A stretch of 64,000 nucleotides of DNA from the IMG/VR virus record IMGVR_UViG_3300026521_000161, positions 42,142-106,141 of that record; one strand, given 5' to 3'. This DNA is from a virus. Below, piece after piece: positions 50,986 to 60,592 of the stretch. Made by a program: the position numbers and the translations under genes. Numbering within the stretch: position 1 is the stretch's first letter; the number at the start of each line of letters is the position of its first letter. The notes below the pieces were generated by a model, which saw nothing but the letters and a program-made list of their open reading frames with translations, ran no database searches and was not told the DNA's origin.

Positions 50986-52792
50986 CGTTGTTTTCATATG
51001 TATCGCTAGTACACACAGTTCTCAGTATCTCTACATGAACTTCCCATCCATTACAGATGGATACAAGACTATATCATTATCCTAAAATATTTTAGGATAC
51101 GAAACGTTTCGATTTAAGGACTGCCATCCACCCGCTCGGGCCCTACTCTACTCGCTTTAACTACATATGTAGCCATGGGGTTATTACACTACCCATGTGA
51201 TTAACTAAGTCTGTCGCCAACTTAGTATAGCTTTCGATAGTCGTTGAACTCACACACTCTAGTCATACTAGATCACTCTCGTGGTTTAAGGTGCTTCGCT
51301 GCGTCGATTCCGCCAGGATATAACGTTTTCACCATGCCTCTAGTTGCTCTATTACGCCTGAGGTATTACAGTATGTTTCCACCTGTAAGTGGTAGTTATA
51401 TCTTTTTCAGCGGTCCCCGCAATTAGTTTCGTTTGCTTATAGGATTACTCCTATAAGGGACTTACTTAAAATGTAAGCTACAATTTTCTTTCTCTTTAAA
51501 AGTAATCTTAGTTTTTTTATCTATATAAGAATATATTGTTCTATAATCCTTATTGAAAAATTTTCTTAATGAATTTATAGACGTAAACTCTTCGACAATA
51601 ACGTCATCTTTATCCTTAACCATTATGACTTTAGGTTTGTTAATAGGTGTTTTATTAGACGGTTCTCTCCACTTAGCGACTGTAAATTTACGCACTAACC
51701 ATCTATCTGTTAGTAAATAATTATCACATCTGCGTAGGTATAAAGTTAATGTACTTTTAGGGACACCTGTAATGTTAGATGCGTCACTTATGCTTTTAAC
51801 AGTATAAATAACGTTATTAATAACATCGCGCACTTGGACGTGTTTAAGAACTATTTTGCGTTTTTTAATATGTAATATTTTATATCCATTGTTACGGCAA
51901 AATTTTTCTATTGTACTCTTTTTACTGTTTTGTGAGTCAAAGAATTGCTTAAATGTTTTATATTTAAATAACTCTCCGTTTTTCTCAAGTACTAAGCTAA
52001 AGCTTCTAGTATCATCTCTCTCGTAAGCCCATCCAGTGAACGATCTTTCCCTATATAACTCAAATCTACCATTACTACCAGACCATACTTTACCGAAATA
52101 CATAGGCGCTCTTTGGGTGTCTATTTTACTTCGACCTATTATTTCACTAGCTTCGCTAGAGGACATAGCGGTTGAGGTAACTCCAGTATCTATATCACGT
52201 ATTAAAAATAGACCTCTACTACTAACAATTGTTTTTGTTACATTTAAAGTAGATGAAACCCATCTAAGATTATCGGCATGGTAATTAGTCTTGTCGTCAT
52301 CAATATGATCGACTATGTTATTAATAACATAATCATCATTTTCGCACCACGCCAGTGCTACTAATTTATGTACGCCTATATTATAATAATCCCCTGTTAA
52401 TAGCTTAACGCGTATGTTGTAATAACCAGATTTCGTTAACTCGTAACCACGATTAATTATTTTACGAGCTACGCAATCTACTAACACGCCATCTTTACTA
52501 ATAGCTATATTTGTAAAGAATGGTACGAAATTATAAATAACGCCATCTACATAGACGAATGGTCTATTAACAAATACTGGCATTTTATCTGGTAGTTTAG
52601 AGACACCATGTACTTTGTGTCTAGTTAGAGTGTATGATACATCATTTTTATTGTCTGCAAGAGTTGTATAATCACGTTGCATTATATTCTTTTCTAAGAT
52701 TATTTTTCTTTTTTCGTTACACATACTAATCCTTACTATTTGTATATGTAACAAACTACAAAGTAAATTGTTTCTACATTGTTAGTATGTTA
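50986..52792 (-). mobile_element. Group I intron in recJ with HNH homing endonuclease
   Basis: Core elements on minus strand: aattgcgggga (P), aatcgacgcagc (Q), gttcaacgactat (R), gatatagtct (S); 5' exon ends in U and intron ends in G; removal rebuilds DYDVD-GITS. Confidence 0.9.
51462..52754 (-). CDS. Intron-encoded HNH homing endonuclease with NUMOD-type repeats
   Basis: VHKLVALAW...VDHIDDDKTNYHADNLRW; C-terminal SISDAS/SINSL helix repeats; true start may be slightly downstream. Confidence 0.85.
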   Translation of the reverse strand: MLHIQIVRISMCNEKRKIILEKNIMQRDYTTLADNKNDVSYTLTRHKVHGVSKLPDKMPVFVNRPFVYVDGVIYNFVPFFTNIAISKDGVLVDCVARKIINRGYELTKSGYYNIRVKLLTGDYYNIGVHKLVALAWCENDDYVINNIVDHIDDDKTNYHADNLRWVSSTLNVTKTIVSSRGLFLIRDIDTGVTSTAMSSSEASEIIGRSKIDTQRAPMYFGKVWSGSNGRFELYRERSFTGWAYERDDTRSFSLVLEKNGELFKYKTFKQFFDSQNSKKSTIEKFCRNNGYKILHIKKRKIVLKHVQVRDVINNVIYTVKSISDASNITGVPKSTLTLYLRRCDNYLLTDRWLVRKFTVAKWREPSNKTPINKPKVIMVKDKDDVIVEEFTSINSLRKFFNKDYRTIYSYIDKKTKITFKEKENCSLHFK

Positions 52793-53146
52793 ATCCACAT
52801 CATAGTCGCTAACCAATAATATTTTTTTATTGTTAACTATGGCTTCATTTATAGCACTCGTAGAATTGACTACATGTGGTAACCATTTTTCTATAAAATT
52901 CTCATTTATGATATCACTAAGTTTAGTATTAAAATAGTTTTTTATGGTATCTAAATCTTTATACCTATTAGCGACTATTTTTTTAGTTATATCTGAATTA
53001 AAATATCTATTAAGATATGTTAATGTTTCTGGGTCCTGTTTCGTTATGACAATATTATCATTACTAAGACTACTTATAATTTCTCTCAATGGCTTTTCTT
53101 CACCATTTGGAAGTTTAACTTCTGTCATTTTCATTCCTTCTTTCAT
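52793..53146 (-). CDS. recJ: RecJ-like exonuclease, exon 1
   Basis: Ends KKILLVSDYDVD, the first half of DHH motif I. Confidence 0.85.
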
Positions 53147-53181
53147 TTATTTCAACGAAGTCGATACCCTTAAAAAGGATA

Positions 53182-53676
53182 TCAATCTTCATCCGATAAT
53201 TTATCATAAGCGTATTGCAATATGAATAGTGAATCGTATGTCCATTCACTTCGTTCTGATCTTATACCGTGCTTATCGAAGAACTCTTTGATTCTTCTAA
53301 GATTACTAGTATTAACTATTTCGTTGTTTATATAGTCTAATATATCGATTTTGAACGATATCATGATGGTGTTTACCAATGTAACCTCATCCATACTAAA
53401 ATTAGATATATCGTGTAAAGTTAGGTTAGGTATATTATTTACAAAATCATTTATGTTAACACTACCAAACTTAACAACACATATAGAATACGTACTTTTA
53501 TTACGTATAACTCCCAACAATGTTTCTTCACCTATATCAATTTTTAATGCATCATCATGTTGATTCTCTACTATTAACATAACTCTACCATCATTTCTTT
53601 TAAAACACACAGGATCCCTTTTAGACTCAACTCTTCTAGCTCTCTCAAATACTAAAATACCACGTCTATTACTCAT
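53182..53676 (-). CDS. Hypothetical protein
   Basis: 164 aa, RBS, promoter at 53703-53731. Confidence 0.65.
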   Translation of the reverse strand: MSNRRGILVFERARRVESKRDPVCFKRNDGRVMLIVENQHDDALKIDIGEETLLGVIRNKSTYSICVVKFGSVNINDFVNNIPNLTLHDISNFSMDEVTLVNTIMISFKIDILDYINNEIVNTSNLRRIKEFFDKHGIRSERSEWTYDSLFILQYAYDKLSDED

Positions 53677-53702
53677 GCTTCTTTCCTTTAAATAAATTTA
53701 TT

Positions 53703-53731
53703 AGTATATACATACTATATTAATAATATAT
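53703..53731 (-). promoter_or_regulatory. Putative early promoter with mini hairpin
   Basis: Minus strand ATATATTATTAATAT-AGTATGTATATACT. Confidence 0.55.
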
Positions 53732-53775
53732 AAGCAAAGTTTAATAGATATTACCTGAATATAAAAAAGGAATAT

Positions 53776-54999
53776 ATGATGCATAAGAAAAAATATAAGA
53801 CCGTAAAAGAGTTCTTTAAGAAAGAGTTACCTCACTTAGAACCATCTAAAAAACTAACAAAAGATCTTAGAGAGTTTAGGCTTAATTGGTCTACTAAGGA
53901 TACTGATTATATAGATTTCTTAGGGTCTAATCTACTAGGAGTTCACAATATCAATTTCTCATCATTAGACGATGAATCGTTGATGGATAAGACACTACAT
54001 ATAAAGCATTATAAGAAACTACAAAAAGAGATATATGGAGTAGAGGGTGTTGAGCCCAATTTTAAAATAGGTAGTAATATAATATATCAAACACTTATGT
54101 ATCTGGCATACCTATATAAAAATGATGCTTCTTTAAAAGAAAAAGATAGAGAAGAAGGTATAAGAGAGTTATGCTTGATCATGCAGTTCAAGATGTTCTG
54201 TTCTACCTACGGGTGGAGTTTTAAGTATTTAACAACAGAAGCTATAGCTACGGCTGTATATAATAAACTGTCTCATAAATTTCTTATAAAACAACTTGAC
54301 AATTGGCAAGAGGTATTTGATTATAGAGTTAAATCATGTTTAGACAAAAAAGAACTTAATTACAAACGTTTAACGAAATACGACACAGAAAGTAGTATAA
54401 GACTTATAACGGACATACAGATAAAACTAAAAGAACAGATAAAACATATTTATAGAGTTATGGTAGAAATAACTGATAATAAGGAAGGTTTAGTACAGGA
54501 GTCTTCTACATTTAACGGAGAAGGTGGTGAACAGATATCGGATATAACTACCGGAATAAATACATATGTAACAAGAGTTAAAAATATAGCATTTGTTCCT
54601 AATGATTTTATAGATGGTGAAGTTCTTAACATAACATCTGGTTTATTTAAAAATATCGATAAATCTGTCATATATAAATTCCTTAAATATATGTCTGATA
54701 GTGATAGGAAAGATGTTGATAAAGTATTAGATGTTATAGAGAAATCTTTAGTTACATCGTTTAACTATCTACAAAGAAATGAAATAAACGTAGAAAAAAG
54801 AGAATACATACCGAAAGCTTTAGTTATGATGCGTAATTATTGGTCGGCCTCAAAAGTTAAAAATGAGGATATAGATTATGTTAAAGAGTATTTAGTATCA
54901 GAAGCTTTTAAGTGCACTGGTAAAAAAACAGCTTGGGTGCAAGTCACACTAGCTATAAGTTATGTTGTATATATCTTTTTAAGAAGCTTAAAAAAATAA
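53776..54999 (+). CDS. Conserved chimallivirus protein (phiKZ gp42-like)
   Basis: FLGSNLLGVHNINF, AVYNKLSHKFLIKQLDNW motifs (recalled family). Confidence 0.65.
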   Translation: MMHKKKYKTVKEFFKKELPHLEPSKKLTKDLREFRLNWSTKDTDYIDFLGSNLLGVHNINFSSLDDESLMDKTLHIKHYKKLQKEIYGVEGVEPNFKIGSNIIYQTLMYLAYLYKNDASLKEKDREEGIRELCLIMQFKMFCSTYGWSFKYLTTEAIATAVYNKLSHKFLIKQLDNWQEVFDYRVKSCLDKKELNYKRLTKYDTESSIRLITDIQIKLKEQIKHIYRVMVEITDNKEGLVQESSTFNGEGGEQISDITTGINTYVTRVKNIAFVPNDFIDGEVLNITSGLFKNIDKSVIYKFLKYMSDSDRKDVDKVLDVIEKSLVTSFNYLQRNEINVEKREYIPKALVMMRNYWSASKVKNEDIDYVKEYLVSEAFKCTGKKTAWVQVTLAISYVVYIFLRSLKK

Positions 55000-55003
55000 A
55001 AAA

Positions 55004-55032
55004 AGTAGATATAGGCATTGCCTATATCTACT
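55004..55032. terminator. Hairpin between convergent genes
   Basis: agtagatataggca-t-tgcctatatctact. Confidence 0.7.
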
Positions 55033-55192
55033 ACTAACATTTTAATAACCCTATTCTACTTAGGGTGTAGTTAAGTTTTTCATTAGTACTATCTAAGCCA
55101 TAGATAACACAAGGTACATCATGACCGCGTTCTTCTAGAAGATTAGTCTGGTCTTCGCTAGAGAAGAATATAACTTTTGATTTAAAACCTTT

Positions 55193-56047
55193 TTATCTTT
55201 TAACACCATACGTGGAATTAATGACATTACTTAAATCTCTGAACTCCATATGTAGTGCCTTATATTCACCAGATTCTTTATCAGACATTTTTTTAAGCCT
55301 TTTCTTTAAACGTTTAAGTTCGGCGTGTTTGAGCCTTAACTCTTTATCACTTTCACTTTGTGTCTTTTTCCAGTGCGGTTTGCATTGTTGCTTAGTTCTA
55401 TTTGTGTACATATCTAAGTCTAGACCGGCCATCGCCATATATCCAGCCATAGTAGCCATCATGGCTTTCTTACTACTACCGTAACCAAATATAACACGCT
55501 TATAAGTCCCAGATTTAATGCTAGTTATATCGGAATATACCTGACTTTTCCTTATAGCCTCTTTAATATTATCTTCAGTTATACTACCCATTTTATCTTT
55601 TATAGATTTGAGTTCCTCTAAACACGTAATGTTAAAGTTCCTCCTATCTTCTATATAAACTCTAAATAAAAGGTTATTATCTTTATTAACATCTTTACCA
55701 AATATATCTACAAATAACTTATAACGATCATCTACATAGTAGTTATCATATTCGCCTGATATACAACCCTCAGGGTGGTCGCATGGAGTTACCATGTTAC
55801 GTTCGCTAAAAGAAGCTATCTCTTTTTCCTTGTCAGTAGCTTGTTCTCTAGGGAATTCACCGTGCCACACACCAGTATTACAATAACTACATAGGTACCG
55901 TACTTCACCTTTTTCCTCTTTGTCCAAATCATACCCATCCATTTGCATTCTATGTAAATTAGGGTAATCTGAGTTAACATCTATATTCTCACTAACGAGT
56001 GCTGTGTTCTCTATACATCCGCATTCCATACATATAAATAAACTCAT
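55193..56047 (-). CDS. Hypothetical protein with N-terminal Zn-finger-like Cys pairs
   Basis: MSLFICMECGCIENTA...LCSYC...WHGEF. Confidence 0.7.
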   Translation of the reverse strand: MSLFICMECGCIENTALVSENIDVNSDYPNLHRMQMDGYDLDKEEKGEVRYLCSYCNTGVWHGEFPREQATDKEKEIASFSERNMVTPCDHPEGCISGEYDNYYVDDRYKLFVDIFGKDVNKDNNLLFRVYIEDRRNFNITCLEELKSIKDKMGSITEDNIKEAIRKSQVYSDITSIKSGTYKRVIFGYGSSKKAMMATMAGYMAMAGLDLDMYTNRTKQQCKPHWKKTQSESDKELRLKHAELKRLKKRLKKMSDKESGEYKALHMEFRDLSNVINSTYGVKR

Positions 56048-56196
56048 TATACAACCTTTAATTTTTTCCAGTAAATTGTTTCTTTATTTAACTTAATTTT
56101 AAACAATACAAATAATGCTAGAACCAACCATTCTGTACCATAATAAAGTACTATTTCATCACCTATACCAGCTGTTACTGTGTATTTATTACCCAT
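56047..56196 (-). CDS. Small hypothetical protein (49 aa, not in ORF track)
   Basis: MGNKYTVTAGIGDEIVLYYG...KVV*, RBS agga, stop overlaps the next start. Confidence 0.5.
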   Translation of the reverse strand: MGNKYTVTAGIGDEIVLYYGTEWLVLALFVLFKIKLNKETIYWKKLKVV

Positions 56197-56256
56197 AGTA
56201 ATTTCCTGTTTTAAAAAAATATTTTAAAATACTTATTTTAGTATTTTTTGTGGTCT

Positions 56257-56523
56257 TTATAAATCAAAGTACCTACGTATTTCTTTCTTAAGCTTACGCT
56301 TATCTATTGTGTCTGTAAACATAAGTCCTTCTTCTAACCCATATCTATAATATACAAGTTTACCATCTATCCAAATAATATTAGGAGGATAACATCCGCA
56401 TATGCCGGCTATTATTTTACCGCTAGATATTATATCTTCATCGGTTACTTTACGTTTACGACAAATCTCTATATTGTTACCAAACTCATCAGTTATGTAA
56501 ATCCTACCACTTAAACCTCTCAT
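56257..56523 (-). CDS. Hypothetical protein
   Basis: 88 aa, aaggag RBS. Confidence 0.6.
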   Translation of the reverse strand: MRGLSGRIYITDEFGNNIEICRKRKVTDEDIISSGKIIAGICGCYPPNIIWIDGKLVYYRYGLEEGLMFTDTIDKRKLKKEIRRYFDL

Positions 56524-56533
56524 CTTTTTCTCC

Positions 56534-57085
56534 TTATGTTAAGCTTTTAATAGGGCCGAATGTAGTATTTTTAACTCTTCTTTCTAAAAGAGTTAACTCA
56601 TCTTTAAGTAATCTTAAACTATAACCATTAATAAGTTTGCTTTTAATAACAGCTAACTTTTGATCTACTCCTACTAAACCCATATTGTGCGCGATTCCTA
56701 TTTTTTGTTTATGCTCTTCCAAATGGATTTCTAACTTGTTTAATCTATCAGCAACACACTGTTTATTACAAGTAACATTTGATAGAAATGTTAATACGTC
56801 TGTTAATCTCTCTATCGCACTTAGATCACCTACAACAGCTAAATTTAAAAAGTTACCACTCACAATACTTTCTATAGATTTAAATTCATAAATAGGGTTT
56901 AGATCATACGAAGCATATTGTTCACTTGTTGTATTATTAGTAGAATAAACGATGCCTACAGCAATAGGGCTAAATGATAACCCGTTATCTAATATAGTAA
57001 AATCTACCATATACCCATTTGATCCATCACTATACAATAAAACACTAATACCACTAACACCCTCTATCTCCTTCATATATAACAT
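56534..57085 (-). CDS. Hypothetical protein
   Basis: 183 aa, promoter at 57109-57134. Confidence 0.65.
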   Translation of the reverse strand: MLYMKEIEGVSGISVLLYSDGSNGYMVDFTILDNGLSFSPIAVGIVYSTNNTTSEQYASYDLNPIYEFKSIESIVSGNFLNLAVVGDLSAIERLTDVLTFLSNVTCNKQCVADRLNKLEIHLEEHKQKIGIAHNMGLVGVDQKLAVIKSKLINGYSLRLLKDELTLLERRVKNTTFGPIKSLT

Positions 57086-57108
57086 ACATCTTCCTTAAAT
57101 ATAATATC

Positions 57109-57134
57109 AGTACACCGTACTATGTGAATGATAT
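57109..57134 (-). promoter_or_regulatory. Putative early promoter with mini hairpin
   Basis: Minus strand ATATCATTCACAT-AGTACGGTGTACT. Confidence 0.6.
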
Positions 57135-57155
57135 AAAAATAAAAAAGATTAGAAA

Positions 57156-57186
57156 AACTACTAGTAGCCGGTGGCTACTAGTAGTT
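57156..57186 (-). terminator. Intrinsic terminator
   Basis: aactactagtagcc-ggt-ggctactagtagtt with U-tract on minus strand. Confidence 0.75.
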
Positions 57187-57394
57187 GTACTTTGAACTTT
57201 GAGGCATATACTTATGCTATGTTACTACGTGCTTCATCCAGTGGTAGCTAGATGTCTAAACTACGTAGGGAGTTTAGATTTTTATTTCGTCCTAAGACTG
57301 AATCTTTTTGAGAGGGAGGTCCAGTAGAAATTTTTGCATAACACCACTCACTTAATGTTTTTGCTTACACTACCTTTCCTCAATAGATATTTTG

Positions 57395-57667
57395 TCATGA
57401 ATATAATTCATCATTAAACTTAACAACTTCTTCTAATGGCTCATAGTCCATTTCATTACACCATTTAATATAGTTGTTATAGTATATTTCAAATATCTTT
57501 ATAAAATTACCTTTACCTATTCTTCCATCTTTAATCTTTGTAGTATTGCTATATTGTATAGCTCTACCTATGGATGTATGTGATATATGTTTATCGTTAA
57601 TAAGGTGTTTTATGAACTCTCTTCCTTTATTAACTAAGTCCATATCTGTCTTAGCTACTCTTGCCAT
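57395..57667 (-). CDS. Small hypothetical protein (possible HTH)
   Basis: 90 aa; ISHTSIGRAIQYS. Confidence 0.55.
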   Translation of the reverse strand: MARVAKTDMDLVNKGREFIKHLINDKHISHTSIGRAIQYSNTTKIKDGRIGKGNFIKIFEIYYNNYIKWCNEMDYEPLEEVVKFNDELYS

Positions 57668-57694
57668 GCAGGTGCCTTTAAATATTTTTTATTT

Positions 57695-58204
57695 TCAATC
57701 AATATCTACATAATGGCTAAGGGGTATACGAATATCTAAACATTTCTTTTTAGAGATTTTGTATTTAGAATGGACTAGGAATTCATGTGTTTCATGAATA
57801 ACGACTGGTTCACATCCTTTACTAATAGAATCTTTAACGGTGCTATTATTTAGATCAACTAACCTATTATTAACAATAAACACATGGTCATTATTTGTAT
57901 ATTTGATAATATACTCTATAGATGTACTGATCACTCTATCATATGGCTTAGTGGAGTCAATAACTACACCAGTAACCCATAATAGCATTACAGTTATGAG
58001 ATAACTTATAATAAACCTACTATCATTAATAAATATTGCTAACCAATCTTTATCACTAAACCATATAACGATAAGGGTCGTCATGACTAATGAGTTAATT
58101 ATTCCTAATAAAAACCCAGTAAAAACATCGTCATATATGAGCATAGTTAATAACCCTATCATATATATCATTAATGACGAAATAACATAAAACTTATTTA
58201 ACAT
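57695..58204 (-). CDS. Membrane protein (3 predicted TM helices)
   Basis: Hydrophobic N-terminal segments; directly downstream of the transglycosylase-like gene. Confidence 0.6.
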   Translation of the reverse strand: MLNKFYVISSLMIYMIGLLTMLIYDDVFTGFLLGIINSLVMTTLIVIWFSDKDWLAIFINDSRFIISYLITVMLLWVTGVVIDSTKPYDRVISTSIEYIIKYTNNDHVFIVNNRLVDLNNSTVKDSISKGCEPVVIHETHEFLVHSKYKISKKKCLDIRIPLSHYVDID

Positions 58205-58796
58205 AATTAACTCCTTTAACAGTTTTAGCTATATCACTATGTTTAGCGAAGTAGATTTGAAACGCTTTTATATACGTTAATATCTCCATAGCATATCTGG
58301 CATTAGGTCTCCATCCTCCGTTATAAGAACCCCATATAAGCTTCCAGTTATTATTGGTAACTTTCTTCCAATATTTTAAGTTCTTTATACTTATAGCTAT
58401 ATTAAGATCGTTGTTTATGATTAACCTACTGGCTAACGCCTTCCTTTCCCAATAACTGAGAGTAACACCTTCTCCTTTTAAGAATGTCTTTAAGTTAACA
58501 CCCATAATACCATAGTCGCCGGTAGTTTCGTCAAATAGATATATACCGAGTCTACTCTCTCTATAACAGATAGCTATACCTGTATTCTCTAGACCATAAT
58601 CTTTGAACGCATTATATACTTGACCTAGAACATTAATCTGTTCATAGGTCAAGTTTTCTAATTCATCGAGTGTTTCTGCTAAGAGTTTATTATTTACTCT
58701 TATCTCCTGCGTTTGTTTAATACAAGTTTTATTATAAGGTAATTCTTTACCAACTACATAACTCATTACCATAAGTAATAACATAACTATCTTCAT
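58194..58796 (-). CDS. Secreted lytic transglycosylase (SLT)-like protein
   Basis: Signal-peptide-like N-terminus; AICYRES (catalytic E-S), DYGIMGVN, SYNGG. Confidence 0.7.
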   Translation of the reverse strand: MKIVMLLLMVMSYVVGKELPYNKTCIKQTQEIRVNNKLLAETLDELENLTYEQINVLGQVYNAFKDYGLENTGIAICYRESRLGIYLFDETTGDYGIMGVNLKTFLKGEGVTLSYWERKALASRLIINNDLNIAISIKNLKYWKKVTNNNWKLIWGSYNGGWRPNARYAMEILTYIKAFQIYFAKHSDIAKTVKGVNYVK

Positions 58797-58904
58797 TTTT
58801 CAACCTTTATCTCTTATTATTGTATGTTGGGTTATATTGTATAAACATTCTACCAACACCTAATTTATCTACCATAGTCTTTAGATAGATTATGATATAT
58901 TCTT

Positions 58905-59147
58905 TCAAAACCAATTACCCTGACTATCCCGCATTAATCGTTTACCACATTTTTCACATACACCAACATAGCTAACTCCATTATGTCCTGTAGTTATGAC
59001 GCTATGCCATTCCATTATATCACATGTATACTTCTTAGGAAGTACATGTCTAAATGGTACTGATATCATGATTAGTAAAATACCGATTATGAAAATTATA
59101 AAAACCATTATAACTAAACTAAAAATCAATAATATAAGTTCTTTCAT
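58905..59147 (-). CDS. Small membrane-anchored protein with C-terminal CxxC
   Basis: N-terminal TM helix; CEKCG...DSQGNWF. Confidence 0.6.
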   Translation of the reverse strand: MKELILLIFSLVIMVFIIFIIGILLIMISVPFRHVLPKKYTCDIMEWHSVITTGHNGVSYVGVCEKCGKRLMRDSQGNWF

Positions 59148-59150
59148 GTT

Positions 59151-59324
59151 TTATCCTTTAAATCCATCCCCAGTACAGATACCGGTTTTATAAACTCTGA
59201 AAAGTAGAGAATCACATTTCTCACATATCTCAGGCCTATCACTCTCGCTTATAGGTTTTGTTATAGTGGTATTTTTTAAATACTCACTACATTTCTCATT
59301 TCTACATTCGTATAAATACCTCAT
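59151..59324 (-). CDS. FmdB-type zinc-ribbon protein (57 aa, not in ORF track)
   Basis: MRYLYECRNEKC...CEKCDS...TGDGFKG*; ggagg RBS. Confidence 0.65.
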   Translation of the reverse strand: MRYLYECRNEKCSEYLKNTTITKPISESDRPEICEKCDSLLFRVYKTGICTGDGFKG

Positions 59325-59326
59325 AC

Positions 59327-59899
59327 TTAATCCTCCAACTTTATAACTTCAACATCAGCTTCTCTTAATAAAGCTAGTCCATTTGTTTTCTTATACAATT
59401 CTTTATAGAACACCCTCTTTATACCGCTAGCTGCTATAAGTACGCTACATGTCTCACACGGACTAGTTGTTATATAAATATCACAACCATCTACAGATAT
59501 GCCGTTCTTAGCACAAAACATTAATGCATTTTGTTCCGCATGTAGTGTTAACTTTTTAGTAACTAACTCAAGTTCATCGATAGCTTTTTCACTCCACTCA
59601 TGGGCTCTACCGCACTTATTACACGTGTATGTAACGCGGTCGTTAATAAAATCACTTGGTCTGAATGATAATAAATCTTTCTCCTCACCACATTTACATT
59701 TAACTATTTTACTTTCACATTTATTAGGTGTCCCAGACACAGTTCCATTAAAACCTATAGAAACTATCCTATCATCTTTAGCGATAACGCATCCGACTTT
59801 TCTACGCTTACAATAACTAGCTTTACTCCATATATAAGCTGTATCCATCAACTGCTTTTTGAATTTACTTTCCATCACATCCACCATATGACATATCAT
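59327..59899 (-). CDS. dCMP deaminase with inserted Zn ribbon
   Basis: CKRRKVGCVI, GFNG, HAEQNA, SPCETC; insert CKCG...CNKCG. Confidence 0.9.
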   Translation of the reverse strand: MICHMVDVMESKFKKQLMDTAYIWSKASYCKRRKVGCVIAKDDRIVSIGFNGTVSGTPNKCESKIVKCKCGEEKDLLSFRPSDFINDRVTYTCNKCGRAHEWSEKAIDELELVTKKLTLHAEQNALMFCAKNGISVDGCDIYITTSPCETCSVLIAASGIKRVFYKELYKKTNGLALLREADVEVIKLED

Positions 59900-60491
59900 T
59901 TATGATTCTATTAACAGTCGTTTTACTCGTATTGAAATCTTTAGCTATCTCTACTAAAGTTTTACCAGCCGCTTTAAGAGCCCTCATGATACGCACGTCA
60001 CTACAACTATGCTTAGCCTTTCTGGTCTTCATACTCTGTTTTTTAGTATTTTGCTTTTTAGATACTTTTTTATTCGTACTAGTCTTTTTTCTTCTGTACC
60101 CCTTAACAACATCACCACATTTTGTTAACTTATCTTTAAGTTCTTGATTCTCATCCTTAAGTAACTCTAGTTCACGTATCTCATCACTCATGCGGTTAAC
60201 TATAGTTAATATAGTTTTTTGTGTCTCTGTCGTATCGCCTATTTGTGATGCTATTTCATGGATAGATTTACTTAACATATCCTTATCAGTTTTTAATGTA
60301 ATTATACGTTGTTCTAATACACGCATGTTAGAATATAAAGTTTTACTTATGAATGAATATAATTCCTTCATGTCTTCTTTAGTATATCCTTTAGCTAGTA
60401 TAAAACCTTTTTCTTTTATACCCAATTTATCAAGTACGTTCTCAAATTCATCGATACCAAACTCAAATTTAACTTCGTCTAAGTTTTCCAT
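59865..60491 (-). CDS. Coiled-coil protein with C-terminal HTH
   Basis: GKTLVEIAKDFNTSKTTVNRII. Confidence 0.7.
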   Translation of the reverse strand: MENLDEVKFEFGIDEFENVLDKLGIKEKGFILAKGYTKEDMKELYSFISKTLYSNMRVLEQRIITLKTDKDMLSKSIHEIASQIGDTTETQKTILTIVNRMSDEIRELELLKDENQELKDKLTKCGDVVKGYRRKKTSTNKKVSKKQNTKKQSMKTRKAKHSCSDVRIMRALKAAGKTLVEIAKDFNTSKTTVNRIINDMSYGGCDGK

Positions 60492-60517
60492 AACAACTTC
60501 CTTAAAAAATATATATC

Positions 60518-60543
60518 AGTACATTGTACTATGTGAATAATAT
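60518..60543 (-). promoter_or_regulatory. Putative early promoter with mini hairpin
   Basis: Minus strand ATATTATTCACAT-AGTACAATGTACT. Confidence 0.6.
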
Positions 60544-60563
60544 AAAAATAAAAAAACTTCGAT

Positions 60564-60592
60564 ATAGTGTTGGGTTTATATCCCAACACTAT
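60564..60592 (-). terminator. Hairpin
   Basis: atagtgttggg-tttatat-cccaacactat. Confidence 0.65.

Noticed and set aside
49489-50997. Stand-alone 502-aa recJ starting MKTT
   Set aside because: The first four codons are intron sequence; the catalytic motif is complete only after splicing to exon 1
51244-51426. 60-aa + strand ORF
   Set aside because: Antisense to the group I intron core
55034-55195. 52 open codons in frame after the TAA of the 284-aa gene (possible readthrough or frameshift)
   Set aside because: Single case with no recognisable motif; TAA, TAG and TGA all act as normal stops elsewhere, so no recoding is supported
57280-57310. Hammerhead-like GUC...GGACGAAA on the minus strand
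   Set aside because: The required CUGANGA core is absent
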